Shown: piece after piece, positions 1-8,517 of the stretch | Layout of the letters: every line of letters begins with the position of its first letter | Numbering within the stretch: the stretch's first letter is position 1 | Origin: Gammaproteobacteria bacterium | GTDB taxonomy: Bacteria; Pseudomonadota; Gammaproteobacteria; GRL18 | DNA length: 64,000 nucleotides | Direction of reading: 5' to 3' | Assembly: GCA_016744995.1 (NCBI GenBank) | Contig: JADGDG010000001.1 | Span: 38,011-102,010, forward strand | Notes under the pieces: model-generated | Told to the model about the DNA's origin: nothing | The model's database searches: none | What the model saw: only the letters and a program-made list of their open reading frames with translations | Program-made: the position numbers and the translations under genes

Positions 1-209
1 TCACCATGACAAAGAATATTCCCTATGCCTATTGCATCTATGACAAACATCGTAAAGCATCTCTGCAGATTATTCATGACTGGCTGAAAAGCATTAATAT
101 TTTTCCTACCGGTCGCTATGGACTATGGACATACTTCTGGAGCGATGAGGCAATACTAAGCGGGAAAAGTACAGCAGAAAAGTTACTCAAATTAGAAAAG
201 ACAGCTTAA
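1..209 (+). CDS. FAD/NAD(P)-dependent oxidoreductase family protein, C-terminal fragment (gene starts upstream of window)
   Basis: C-terminal GRYGLWTY-type motif typical of amine-oxidase/UDP-galactopyranose-mutase-like flavoproteins. Only ~67 aa lie in the window. Confidence 0.3.
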   Translation, partial: TMTKNIPYAYCIYDKHRKASLQIIHDWLKSINIFPTGRYGLWTYFWSDEAILSGKSTAEKLLKLEKTA

Positions 210-229
210 ACCTGAAAATCAGCCCGCCA

Positions 230-775
230 ATGAATTTTTTTGAACAATTTAAGTACTGTCCTTGTTGTGCTCATAACTATTCACCTAAAGACTTTATTAG
301 CAGAGATTTTGTTTTTCATTGTCCTCAATGCCACTATGAATTTTATCAAAACGGCACACCTGCGGCTACCGCTTTAATTCCATATGCAGAAAACCCTGAA
401 CTTATTCTTCTTATTACAAGAAATACATCACCTGGTAAAGGTCTGTTAGATTTGCCTGGAGGAATATTGCGTTATGGCGAACTCCCGGAAGAGGCTGTTG
501 TTCGTGAAATTCAGGAAGAAACCTTACTTGATATTAAACCGACAGCAATTTTACAAATATCTGCCATTGATTATCACTATAAAGGCTATCAGGTTTTTGT
601 AGTGGAGACCTGTTTTTTAACCGAACCCATTAAAGATAACATCAGTAAAGTTAGTACTGATGAGGCTAGCAGCATTGGATATTACCCTGCAGCCAGCTTT
701 ATAAAACATCCTGATAGACTTGCTTTTCCAGAGCATGCAGAAATATTCAAAAAATACCTGAACTTTTTACAATAA
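230..775 (+). CDS. NUDIX hydrolase with N-terminal zinc ribbon (NudC-like)
   Basis: CPCC...CPQC zinc-ribbon followed by Nudix box GGILRYGELPEEAVVREIQEETLL. Confidence 0.6.
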   Translation: MNFFEQFKYCPCCAHNYSPKDFISRDFVFHCPQCHYEFYQNGTPAATALIPYAENPELILLITRNTSPGKGLLDLPGGILRYGELPEEAVVREIQEETLLDIKPTAILQISAIDYHYKGYQVFVVETCFLTEPIKDNISKVSTDEASSIGYYPAASFIKHPDRLAFPEHAEIFKKYLNFLQ

Positions 776-1037
776 AAGCTATATATTCTATATACCATTG
801 ATAAATAGGTATAAATTGGCGTGTCTCCCCCCCTTTCAAAATTGAGTACTCCCTCATTATTTTGATTTTTATGTCAACATTTTTTACATTTATTGATATT
901 TATTTGAATATCAACATAAGAAAAAAACAATATTTACTTATAACTCAACAAGTTACAACAACCTTTAAACGAAAGGTCTAATTTTTGCATATGTAACAGA
1001 AGGGTTAATTTATTCATCTTATTATTGGAGGACTACT

Positions 1038-1658
1038 ATGTGTAGGACCACAAAAGTAATACGTAATTTTCTTCTTACATTGATATTTGCACTACTAGGA
1101 AACGTTGCAGCTCATGCAACTATTGTTACTCCTGCAGGTTTTAACCCTGATGATGGTACTGAACTTTTCACTCACGGTAACCAAATCATCAGCCTGGAGT
1201 TATTCGATTTAGCAGGCAATTTAACACCGGGGAGTGGTGCAAGTTTTGGTTTCTATTTTGCTAACGATCCTAATACACTTATACCTATTTTCACCCCTGC
1301 CGATCATGACCCAGCAAGTGCAATAATTGACTTTACTCTTGGTGCTGTAGTTGATTTACAGACAAATGTTCTGCTTAATTTATTCAATGGTTCGGGAGAT
1401 ATTGGTTTTTTTCTCTCACTTTCCGGGACAACCCTTTATACGCAAGCAGCACTTAATCCTTTTGGCTTGGATTTAACAGCAACATTCTCCAATATTCTCA
1501 CTCCAAGCACTTATATGCTTGGTTTCGAAGCAAATGGCACCACATTAGCACTTGAAGTTGTCACTAATATCAGACCTGTAAATATTCCTGAACCAGAGAC
1601 ACTATTATTAATGCTTTTTGGATTACTATCTCTGGTGGTGCGCCAACGTACAGCGTAA
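1038..1658 (+). CDS. PEP-CTERM sorting-domain secreted protein
   Basis: N-terminal signal peptide. C-terminal PEP motif (NIPEPETLLLMLFGLLSLVVRQR) followed by a TM helix and basic tail. Confidence 0.6.
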   Translation: MCRTTKVIRNFLLTLIFALLGNVAAHATIVTPAGFNPDDGTELFTHGNQIISLELFDLAGNLTPGSGASFGFYFANDPNTLIPIFTPADHDPASAIIDFTLGAVVDLQTNVLLNLFNGSGDIGFFLSLSGTTLYTQAALNPFGLDLTATFSNILTPSTYMLGFEANGTTLALEVVTNIRPVNIPEPETLLLMLFGLLSLVVRQRTA

Positions 1659-1789
1659 GAGAAACTGTCAGTTTTTTTTACATTTTATTAATCCGTACTT
1701 GAGATCAGAATAAAATGTAAAAACTTGACATCTGATCTTCAAAAATATCATCCATTGTTTCCGGGACAACCAATAAATCATTTACCTTA

Positions 1790-2029
1790 TTATTGCCCAT
1801 ATTCCTGATATGCTTTTGAACCACCCATTATTAATGCCCCAAGCCCTGCACCAATTAAAGTAGATTTACGACTGTCACCAATAATCACACCAGCAGCAGC
1901 CCCTCCAACAGCACCTATAGCTGCACTTTTAGTAATTTCAATACCTTTATTATTCGTCGGCGTATTATAAGGATTGCTCGAACATCCGGATAAGAGAATA
2001 AAAATAAAAATGGTGGTCAGGATTTTCAT
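1790..2029 (-). CDS. Glycine-zipper (OsmB/YMGG-like) lipoprotein
   Basis: Lipobox LLSGC after signal peptide. Gly/Ala-rich zipper AIGAVGGAAAGVIIG...GAGLGALIMGG. Confidence 0.5.
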   Translation of the reverse strand: MKILTTIFIFILLSGCSSNPYNTPTNNKGIEITKSAAIGAVGGAAAGVIIGDSRKSTLIGAGLGALIMGGSKAYQEYGQ

Positions 2030-2141
2030 GGGTGCTACTCCTTGTGTTTGTTATGACTCAATTGTACGACCTCCTATATGAACAATGCATGAATCATTTT
2101 AGTCTTATTTTTTGATATAATAGCTCTTTTATCCAGCCTAT

Positions 2142-2483
2142 TTGGAATATAAACTTATGAAGCTTAAATTAATGATTGCAGGAACACTGGCGCTGATGTT
2201 AGCATTTGCAGCAATAAGCTATCTATTCACTGAGAAACAGCTTATTTCAATGCAAAAAAAAATTGACAGCAGTTGGAATAAAATTGAAGTTTTACTCGCT
2301 CAGAAAAAGCAGACAAACTCTGACAATCAACTGGATGTTGCAGGCACTCAATATAATCGTTTGGTCAAAAACTATAATGCAAGCATTAAACGTTTTCCCG
2401 GCAGTTTTATTGCCGAAAAAAACGATATGCAAGCACGGGTTTACTTTTTACCTGAAGAAGAAGAAAAAGAGAATACAAATTAA
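2142..2483 (+). CDS. LemA-like membrane protein (short)
   Basis: N-terminal TM helix and YNxLVKNYNASIKRFPGSFIA segment resembling the LemA family core. Shorter than typical LemA. Confidence 0.3.
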   Translation: MEYKLMKLKLMIAGTLALMLAFAAISYLFTEKQLISMQKKIDSSWNKIEVLLAQKKQTNSDNQLDVAGTQYNRLVKNYNASIKRFPGSFIAEKNDMQARVYFLPEEEEKENTN

Positions 2484-2929
2484 GCAGATCTGGTAGTACG
2501 ATAATCCTGACTGATCTGAAGAACCTTATTGAGTTCATCCTGACTCATTACTTTTTCTAATAGGGGGAATAATTCTCTCTCTTCAGTCCGCGTGTGCTTT
2601 TTGAGCAATAGACCAAAGTCTTTAAGGACTCTATAATTACCCTCTTTCATCTGTTCATAATACTCATCCATCTTCCTGTGTTCCTGCTGTAGAGACTGAC
2701 AAAGACTCGCCAACTCATCTGTACCTTCTATATAATGTTTAAAAATACTATCTTCTTCTATTTTGAAGTGAACTTTCCAGACAAGCGGATAGTCGTGAAC
2801 AATTTCTTCACATAATAAAGTCACTGCCTCTAAATCCTGGGCTTCACTGGTTTTTATGGCTTTTTGTGCCAGTGTGAGTGATTGATGATGCTCTCGCGAC
2901 AATTCTTGAAGTTGTTCAATACGTTTCAT
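2480..2929 (-). CDS. Hemerythrin-like (HHE cation-binding) domain protein
   Basis: Spaced His/Glu residues (EHHQSL, HFKIEED..KHY, EHRKMDEYYE) typical of hemerythrin-like domains. Confidence 0.4.
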   Translation of the reverse strand: MKRIEQLQELSREHHQSLTLAQKAIKTSEAQDLEAVTLLCEEIVHDYPLVWKVHFKIEEDSIFKHYIEGTDELASLCQSLQQEHRKMDEYYEQMKEGNYRVLKDFGLLLKKHTRTEERELFPLLEKVMSQDELNKVLQISQDYRTTRSA

Positions 2930-3100
2930 GTGACTTTTTCTTAATCTTAGTCGAAGTTAATGAGTTGACAATATCCTGGTAAGGACATGTTAAGACTTAG
3001 TATACTCTCCATTCTTTACAGCGTCATGCATCCTATTGCATAGACTTGGAGAGTGGAAACACGCGGGACTTCATTCGTTCAGGGCGATGTTGTATAATAT

Positions 3101-3313
3101 ATGACCAGTTTAAAGAAGAATCAATTTATGGATCACCCCAAATTAACCAAATATCTTGAAATTTTATGTCAGAGCGGCTGTAAAGCAGTTAATGCAACCA
3201 TTACTGCCATGGAAAATAATCAGTCTATCAGTGCCATTGATGACTTATCTCCTGATGAACGCAGAATTGTTCTTCAGGAGTTGAAAGCAATTATGTCCGT
3301 CTATGAGCATTAA
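3101..3313 (+). CDS. Hypothetical small protein
   Basis: 70-aa ORF with plausible spacing upstream of pilT/U. No recognisable motif. Confidence 0.25.
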   Translation: MTSLKKNQFMDHPKLTKYLEILCQSGCKAVNATITAMENNQSISAIDDLSPDERRIVLQELKAIMSVYEH

Positions 3314-3486
3314 GCACGGGGTCGAGAAACATTATTGTGCCTAAATTATTCCCTCACCTCTAACTGCTTCACAACTTTTTCTATCTCTCTCTGTCCTACC
3401 TATATTTATTGTGCTTGATTGCTATAATAGTTGCTATAATCCTGAATAAATCATAAAAATAGAATAACCAACTCTGAAGGCAAACT

Positions 3487-4584
3487 ATGGATATCACCAA
3501 ATTCCTACAACTAATGGTTGATGAAGAAGCATCCGATCTTTTCTTCAGCTCACACGCTTCAGTTTCAATGAAAGTCGTGGGGAAAATTCGTCCTGTGAGT
3601 AAACAGGCACTGACTTCAACACAATTAAATTCAATATTATCAAAGCTGGTTGATGAAGAACAATTGCAGGAATTTCATAATACTATGGAGTTAAATTTTG
3701 CTATTTCAGTACAGGGTGTGGGTCGTTTTCGTGCCAATGTATTCCGCCAGCGAGGTGATATTGCTCTGGTAATTCGACATATTAAAACAGAAATTCCAGT
3801 TGTTGAGGAACTGCATCTACCATTAACTTTAAATGAGCTGGTGGCACTTAAAAATGGCCTTATCATGGTTGTGGGTGCTACGGGCTCTGGCAAATCAACC
3901 ACTTTAGCAGCAATGATTGGTCATCGTAATACCAATATTGGCGGCCATATCCTCACCATTGAAGATCCAGTGGAGTTTATTCATTCTCATAAAAAAGCCA
4001 TTGTTAATCAACGTGAAGTCGGCCTGGATACTCTGAGTTATGAAAATGCTTTGAAGAACGCCATGCGCGAAGCACCTGATGTTATTTTGATTGGTGAGGT
4101 GCGAGATTCCAATACCATGGAACACGCTATGGCTTATGCTGATACGGGCCACCTGTGTTTAACGACTCTGCATGCCAGCAATGCCATTCAGGCTCTGGAC
4201 AGGATCTTTAACTTTTTTCCTAAAAATGCTCACCGCCAGTTATCTGAAGATTTATCACGCAACTTAAGAGCCATCGTTTCTCAACGCTTAATTCCTGGGC
4301 TGGATGGCAGTTTATATCCTGCCGTTGAAATCCTCATCAATACCCCCTATGTCACAGAAATTTTACAACAGGGTAAGTTGGAAAAATTGCCTGAAGCCAT
4401 GGAGCAAGGTACCAAATATGGTATGGCAACCTTTGATGAAGTACTTTATAAAATGTATAAATCAGGCACCATTGATGTGAAAACAGCTCTGGAATATGCG
4501 GACTCCTATAATAACCTGCAGTTGAAAATCCGCATGAGTGACGGTAGTGCTGGTGATGAGGTGTTCACTGATATTGAGTTCTAA
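3487..4584 (+). CDS. Type IV pilus retraction ATPase, PilT/PilU family
   Basis: Walker A GATGSGKSTT, Asp box, His box and length (365 aa) match twitching-motility PilT/PilU ATPases. Confidence 0.75.
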   Translation: MDITKFLQLMVDEEASDLFFSSHASVSMKVVGKIRPVSKQALTSTQLNSILSKLVDEEQLQEFHNTMELNFAISVQGVGRFRANVFRQRGDIALVIRHIKTEIPVVEELHLPLTLNELVALKNGLIMVVGATGSGKSTTLAAMIGHRNTNIGGHILTIEDPVEFIHSHKKAIVNQREVGLDTLSYENALKNAMREAPDVILIGEVRDSNTMEHAMAYADTGHLCLTTLHASNAIQALDRIFNFFPKNAHRQLSEDLSRNLRAIVSQRLIPGLDGSLYPAVEILINTPYVTEILQQGKLEKLPEAMEQGTKYGMATFDEVLYKMYKSGTIDVKTALEYADSYNNLQLKIRMSDGSAGDEVFTDIEF

Positions 4585-4622
4585 AGATTAAGATCAAGAA
4601 ACAGAGAAGTAAAAGATAATAA

Positions 4623-5519
4623 TCAGGAGTCAGGAGTCAGAAAACGGCTCCAGCGTATTGAGGTATCACCAAAAACAAAGAAGTTGGGGTTCAGTAATGA
4701 TTCTTTGGTGTTATACCGCATAGGCTGCATCTCAGTATTAGTGATCAGACCACCAGCTTCTTCAACAATACATTGTGCCGCAGCAGTATCCCACTCAGAA
4801 GTCGGCCCAAGCCGGGCATAGATATCAGCTTCACCATCAGCAATCATACAGGATTTTAGTGAGCTGCCCATATACTTCATTTCATAACCGCTGAACTCTG
4901 CAGTGAGATTGTCTAAAAAAACCTGTAATGCTGCACAGCGGGCAGAATGCGTACCTGCCACAACGATTTTTCTTGTCGTATCTCCGGGGCAACGGGCACA
5001 GACCTCAATTGAGCGAGCCTCATTCACATCATTTAAAAAGAAAGCACCGCTCCCCTTACAGGCATAATAGCCATTTTTTTTCACCGGACTGTAAATCACG
5101 CCCACTACCGGACGATGGCGATAAATGAGTGCAATGTTAACACTGAACTCACCTGTTTTTTCTATAAATGCCCGGGTACCATCCAGGGGATCAACCAGCC
5201 AGTATATTTCCCATTTTTGGCGTATTTCAAAAGGAATTTCATCTGATTCCTCAGATAAAATGGGAATATCCGGAGTCAGTTCAGAGAGCGTTTTAACGAT
5301 TAAATCATTAGCTGCCATATCTGCATTGGTGACCGGAGTATTATCTTTTTTACTTTTAATATAGAAATCAGTCTGATAAATTTCCATAATAAGTTCACCC
5401 GCCTGACGGGCTAATTCTATAGTTTCGGGTAACACTCGGCGTAATTGTGCATTCACAGAATCTGGTAATTCCTGCTCTTCTGCTAAATCAAGCGTTGCCC
5501 CGGTCTCAGTTGAATGCAT
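4623..5519 (-). CDS. cysQ: 3'(2'),5'-bisphosphate nucleotidase / inositol monophosphatase family (CysQ-like)
   Basis: IMPase signature WLVDPLDGTRAF and metal-binding EE...DP motifs. Confidence 0.6.
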   Translation of the reverse strand: MHSTETGATLDLAEEQELPDSVNAQLRRVLPETIELARQAGELIMEIYQTDFYIKSKKDNTPVTNADMAANDLIVKTLSELTPDIPILSEESDEIPFEIRQKWEIYWLVDPLDGTRAFIEKTGEFSVNIALIYRHRPVVGVIYSPVKKNGYYACKGSGAFFLNDVNEARSIEVCARCPGDTTRKIVVAGTHSARCAALQVFLDNLTAEFSGYEMKYMGSSLKSCMIADGEADIYARLGPTSEWDTAAAQCIVEEAGGLITNTEMQPMRYNTKESLLNPNFFVFGDTSIRWSRFLTPDS

Positions 5520-5537
5520 GTCACACCTTATTTTGTA

Positions 5538-6125
5538 TTATTCCACGAGACGCTTATCAAGTAATGACTTAACGATATAAGCAGCAGCAATAGTTCTTGC
5601 TTCTGTAACATCATTGCGCATAGATAATTCCTGAATATTATCCAGCTTCCATTCAACCACTTCCAGTGGTTCAGGCTCATCGCCTTCCAGTGTAGCAGGA
5701 TATAAATCTTCTGCCAATACAACGTGGGTCAGGTGCCCCATATAACCAGGAGCCAGGGTCATAGATTTGATTAAAGTGAGTTTTCTGGCAGCATAACCCA
5801 CCTCTTCCTGCAGTTCCCTGTTGGCCGCTTCTTCAATTGGCTCATCATTTTCAATGCGACCTTTAGGAAACATCAGTTCGTAACCTTCCACACCCACGCC
5901 ATACTCCCGCACCATCAAAAAAGTTTCATCATCCAGCAATGCAACCACCAGCACCCCCCCCCGACTGGATCCCTTTAAGCGCTCATATACAACTTCTTCG
6001 CCATTACTAAAGGTAATATCCAGTTGCTCAATGCGAAATAAGCGACTCTGAGCAACAACTTTACATTCCGTGATGATCGGTGCGTTTAATGTAATTGAAG
6101 ACGGGATTGAGGTTTTTTTTGACAC
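5538..6125 (-). CDS. nudE: NUDIX hydrolase, ADP-compounds hydrolase NudE-like
   Basis: Nudix box GRIENDEPIEEAANRELQEEVGY. Conserved adjacency to yrfG-like HAD gene as in enterobacterial nudE-yrfG. Confidence 0.55.
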   Translation of the reverse strand: MSKKTSIPSSITLNAPIITECKVVAQSRLFRIEQLDITFSNGEEVVYERLKGSSRGGVLVVALLDDETFLMVREYGVGVEGYELMFPKGRIENDEPIEEAANRELQEEVGYAARKLTLIKSMTLAPGYMGHLTHVVLAEDLYPATLEGDEPEPLEVVEWKLDNIQELSMRNDVTEARTIAAAYIVKSLLDKRLVE

Positions 6126-6195
6126 AGAACAGCCCTGATTTTTTAAAGTTGCTATAATAGCAGTTTTCTTGAATCATAAATAGAAGGTAGCTCTT

Positions 6196-6846
6196 TTGTT
6201 AAACTGGAACAAAATAGACACTGTTTTACTTGATATGGATGGTACTTTGCTGGATCTTCATTTTGATAATCATTTCTGGCTGGAGCACGTCCCTCAACGC
6301 TATGCAGAAAAGCACAAGCTCTCTCATCAGGAAGCACTTGATAAGCTGATCCCCCTGTTTAAGTCCATCGAAGGAACCATTAACTGGTATTGTGTCGACT
6401 ACTGGAGCAAAGAGCTTGAGCTGGACATTGCTCTGCTCAAAGAAGAGGTCAAACACCTGATTCAGGTACACCCTTTTGTGATTGAATTTTTAGAAAATCT
6501 GGCTAATGTAGGAAAACATCGTGTTCTGGTGACCAATGCTCATCAAAAAAGCCTTGACCTGAAAATGAAAAATACTCCTTTAGCTGGATTGCTGGATCAT
6601 ATTATCAGCGCTCACCAATTAGGTATTCCCAAAGAAGAACCTGTCTTCTGGGGCAAGCTTAAAACTCTGGAAAATTATGATCCACAGCGCACTCTGCTGA
6701 TAGACGATAATTTGTTCGCTCTCAGCTCTGCCAGAGACTATGGTATTAAACATTTACTGGCAATCTATAAGCCTGATAGCAAAGCCAGCCTGAAGGATGT
6801 GGGTGAGTTCCAGGCAATTCATTCTTTTAAAGAAATCATGCCCTAA
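6196..6846 (+). CDS. yrfG: HAD-family GMP/IMP nucleotidase YrfG-like
   Basis: TVLLDMDGTLLDLHFDNHFW and NWYCVDYWS match the E. coli YrfG N-terminus almost residue-for-residue. HAD motifs present. Confidence 0.6.
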   Translation: MLNWNKIDTVLLDMDGTLLDLHFDNHFWLEHVPQRYAEKHKLSHQEALDKLIPLFKSIEGTINWYCVDYWSKELELDIALLKEEVKHLIQVHPFVIEFLENLANVGKHRVLVTNAHQKSLDLKMKNTPLAGLLDHIISAHQLGIPKEEPVFWGKLKTLENYDPQRTLLIDDNLFALSSARDYGIKHLLAIYKPDSKASLKDVGEFQAIHSFKEIMP

Positions 6847-6865
6847 AAAAATAGAAGCAGCCGCT

Positions 6866-7198
6866 TTAAATCCGGTTTTTTCTCTCTGCTATGGTACCCA
6901 AAGCAATAAAAATACCCACGACCAGAGGGCCAAGATAAATCATACTGATTGAGGCCAACAATTTAGCCAGCATCGGTGTCATATAAATCAACAGAGCACC
7001 ATAACCAAAAGTGCATAATAAAATAAAAAGTACCGTTCGAAAGATAAAATGCAGACCGCTGATCTGACGCCTGAACAATCGGTTGACCGTTTCACCGTAA
7101 ATGACCAGAATCGTTGCCATAATTGCCATAGATATCTCACCTAACCAGGGATATAACCATTGTGAAAGTTGGATGATACTGGTTTTTATCTCATACAT
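6866..7198 (-). CDS. Small integral membrane protein, unknown function
   Basis: Three predicted TM helices. No motif. Confidence 0.3.
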   Translation of the reverse strand: MYEIKTSIIQLSQWLYPWLGEISMAIMATILVIYGETVNRLFRRQISGLHFIFRTVLFILLCTFGYGALLIYMTPMLAKLLASISMIYLGPLVVGIFIALGTIAERKNRI

Positions 7199-7258
7199 AT
7201 ATAATTTATTCTCTTCTCTTCTCTTCTATTTATTAACATAGAGTTGCTTATTTTAACG

Positions 7259-7975
7259 TTATATCAATCGGCCTAATAGTACTGGAATAGCATTCTCTAC
7301 TCTGAGGATCCGTGCCCCTAAATGACAACTGACAAAACCTGCCTGTTTAAATTTATCCACTTCATAATCAATAAACCCACCTTCGGGGCCAATAGCCAGA
7401 CAAGTGTGCAGGCCAGCCTTCGCCTTTTCCTCAAAGCAAAGTTCACCCGCTCCCGGATGAGCAATAATAGCACGACTTCCAGAAATCAAGTCGGGCACAA
7501 CATCTTCGACAAAGGGTTTAAAGCGCTGATAATATTTAACTTCAGCAATACAGGTATCTTTAGCCTGCTCAAGACCCAGAATCAGATGCTGCTGCAATTT
7601 GTCCTGTTCCAGCCAGGGGCTCTGCCAATAACTTTTTTCCACTTTAGCCGAGTGAATTAAACTCAGTTTTTTCACACCCATTGCACTGATTGTCTGCAAA
7701 ATACGTTTCAGCATTTTGGGGCGGGGCAACGCCAGAATCAAGTGTACACTTAATGGTGCAACCGGTTCTTTATCAAATTGTACTTCAAGCTCCACCTGAT
7801 ATTCATCAATAAATAAAACACGCCCATACCCTAGCTGCTTATTTAATAAACCAACCTCAAGCCTGTCATTAATCGAGACTTTTTTAATTGTTCTCAGGTG
7901 CGCCAGACGCTGATCGGTGAGTCGAACTCGATTGGCAGCAATAAAGTCCGGTTCAAAAAGAAGTAATAAATTCAT
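7259..7975 (-). CDS. rsmE: 16S rRNA (uracil1498-N3)-methyltransferase RsmE
   Basis: PUA-like N-terminus plus SPOUT core (ILALPRPKMLKRILQ..GV..L, IAIGPEGGF). Confidence 0.75.
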   Translation of the reverse strand: MNLLLLFEPDFIAANRVRLTDQRLAHLRTIKKVSINDRLEVGLLNKQLGYGRVLFIDEYQVELEVQFDKEPVAPLSVHLILALPRPKMLKRILQTISAMGVKKLSLIHSAKVEKSYWQSPWLEQDKLQQHLILGLEQAKDTCIAEVKYYQRFKPFVEDVVPDLISGSRAIIAHPGAGELCFEEKAKAGLHTCLAIGPEGGFIDYEVDKFKQAGFVSCHLGARILRVENAIPVLLGRLI

Positions 7976-7995
7976 TGATAAGTAGTTATTTTATA

Positions 7996-8403
7996 TTAAT
8001 TTGGCTTTTCCATTTTCTTCAGCTTTTTATCCCACTTTTTGAAACGTTTGCGACAATGTGTCAGCAATTCATCATATGTTTTAAAATACAGATCAAAGCC
8101 TTCTTCAGCAGGCGAGTCAAACTCACAATAATCATTAGAATATTCGCGACAAATATCAGGGCGCTCATGGTAGATACCACAGTCACCATTCTCTTTGAGT
8201 TGCTCACATGGCGTAATAAACATCAGAAACCAGCCGTCTTCATCTTTATAAAACTCAACATTGGCATGCGAAATCTGCCACAGCATCAGCTGAAAATCAT
8301 CTTTCTTTTTAGGCGTATCAATTTGTTGTGTTATGTATTGACAACACTTGGTTCCCGGACAGTGGCTGCATTTATTTTCAGGGGTAATCGTAATTGGATT
8401 CAT
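7996..8403 (-). CDS. YkgJ-family (UPF0153) Cys-cluster zinc/iron-chelating protein
   Basis: CxxCPGTKCC...CEQL..GDCGIY..RPDICREY cysteine pattern. Confidence 0.5.
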   Translation of the reverse strand: MNPITITPENKCSHCPGTKCCQYITQQIDTPKKKDDFQLMLWQISHANVEFYKDEDGWFLMFITPCEQLKENGDCGIYHERPDICREYSNDYCEFDSPAEEGFDLYFKTYDELLTHCRKRFKKWDKKLKKMEKPN

Positions 8404-8517
8404 ATTTAGGCTTTAACTTCTTATTTTAAACTACAACTAACAGACTTTTTATGTAAGAATATTCGTATAAAATGGATAATCCTATTAAACTTCCAGTCAA
8501 CTTACAATAAATAACTT

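Noticed and set aside
2263-2496. 77-aa alternative-frame ORF overlapping the LemA-like gene
   Set aside because: Overlaps on the same strand in another frame and lacks an RBS.
3675-4152. Two minus-strand ORFs (75 and 82 aa) inside the pilT/U gene
   Set aside because: Antisense to a strongly supported ATPase gene. No independent signals.
4928-5364. Plus-strand ORFs inside cysQ-like gene
   Set aside because: Antisense overlaps of a conserved IMPase-family gene.
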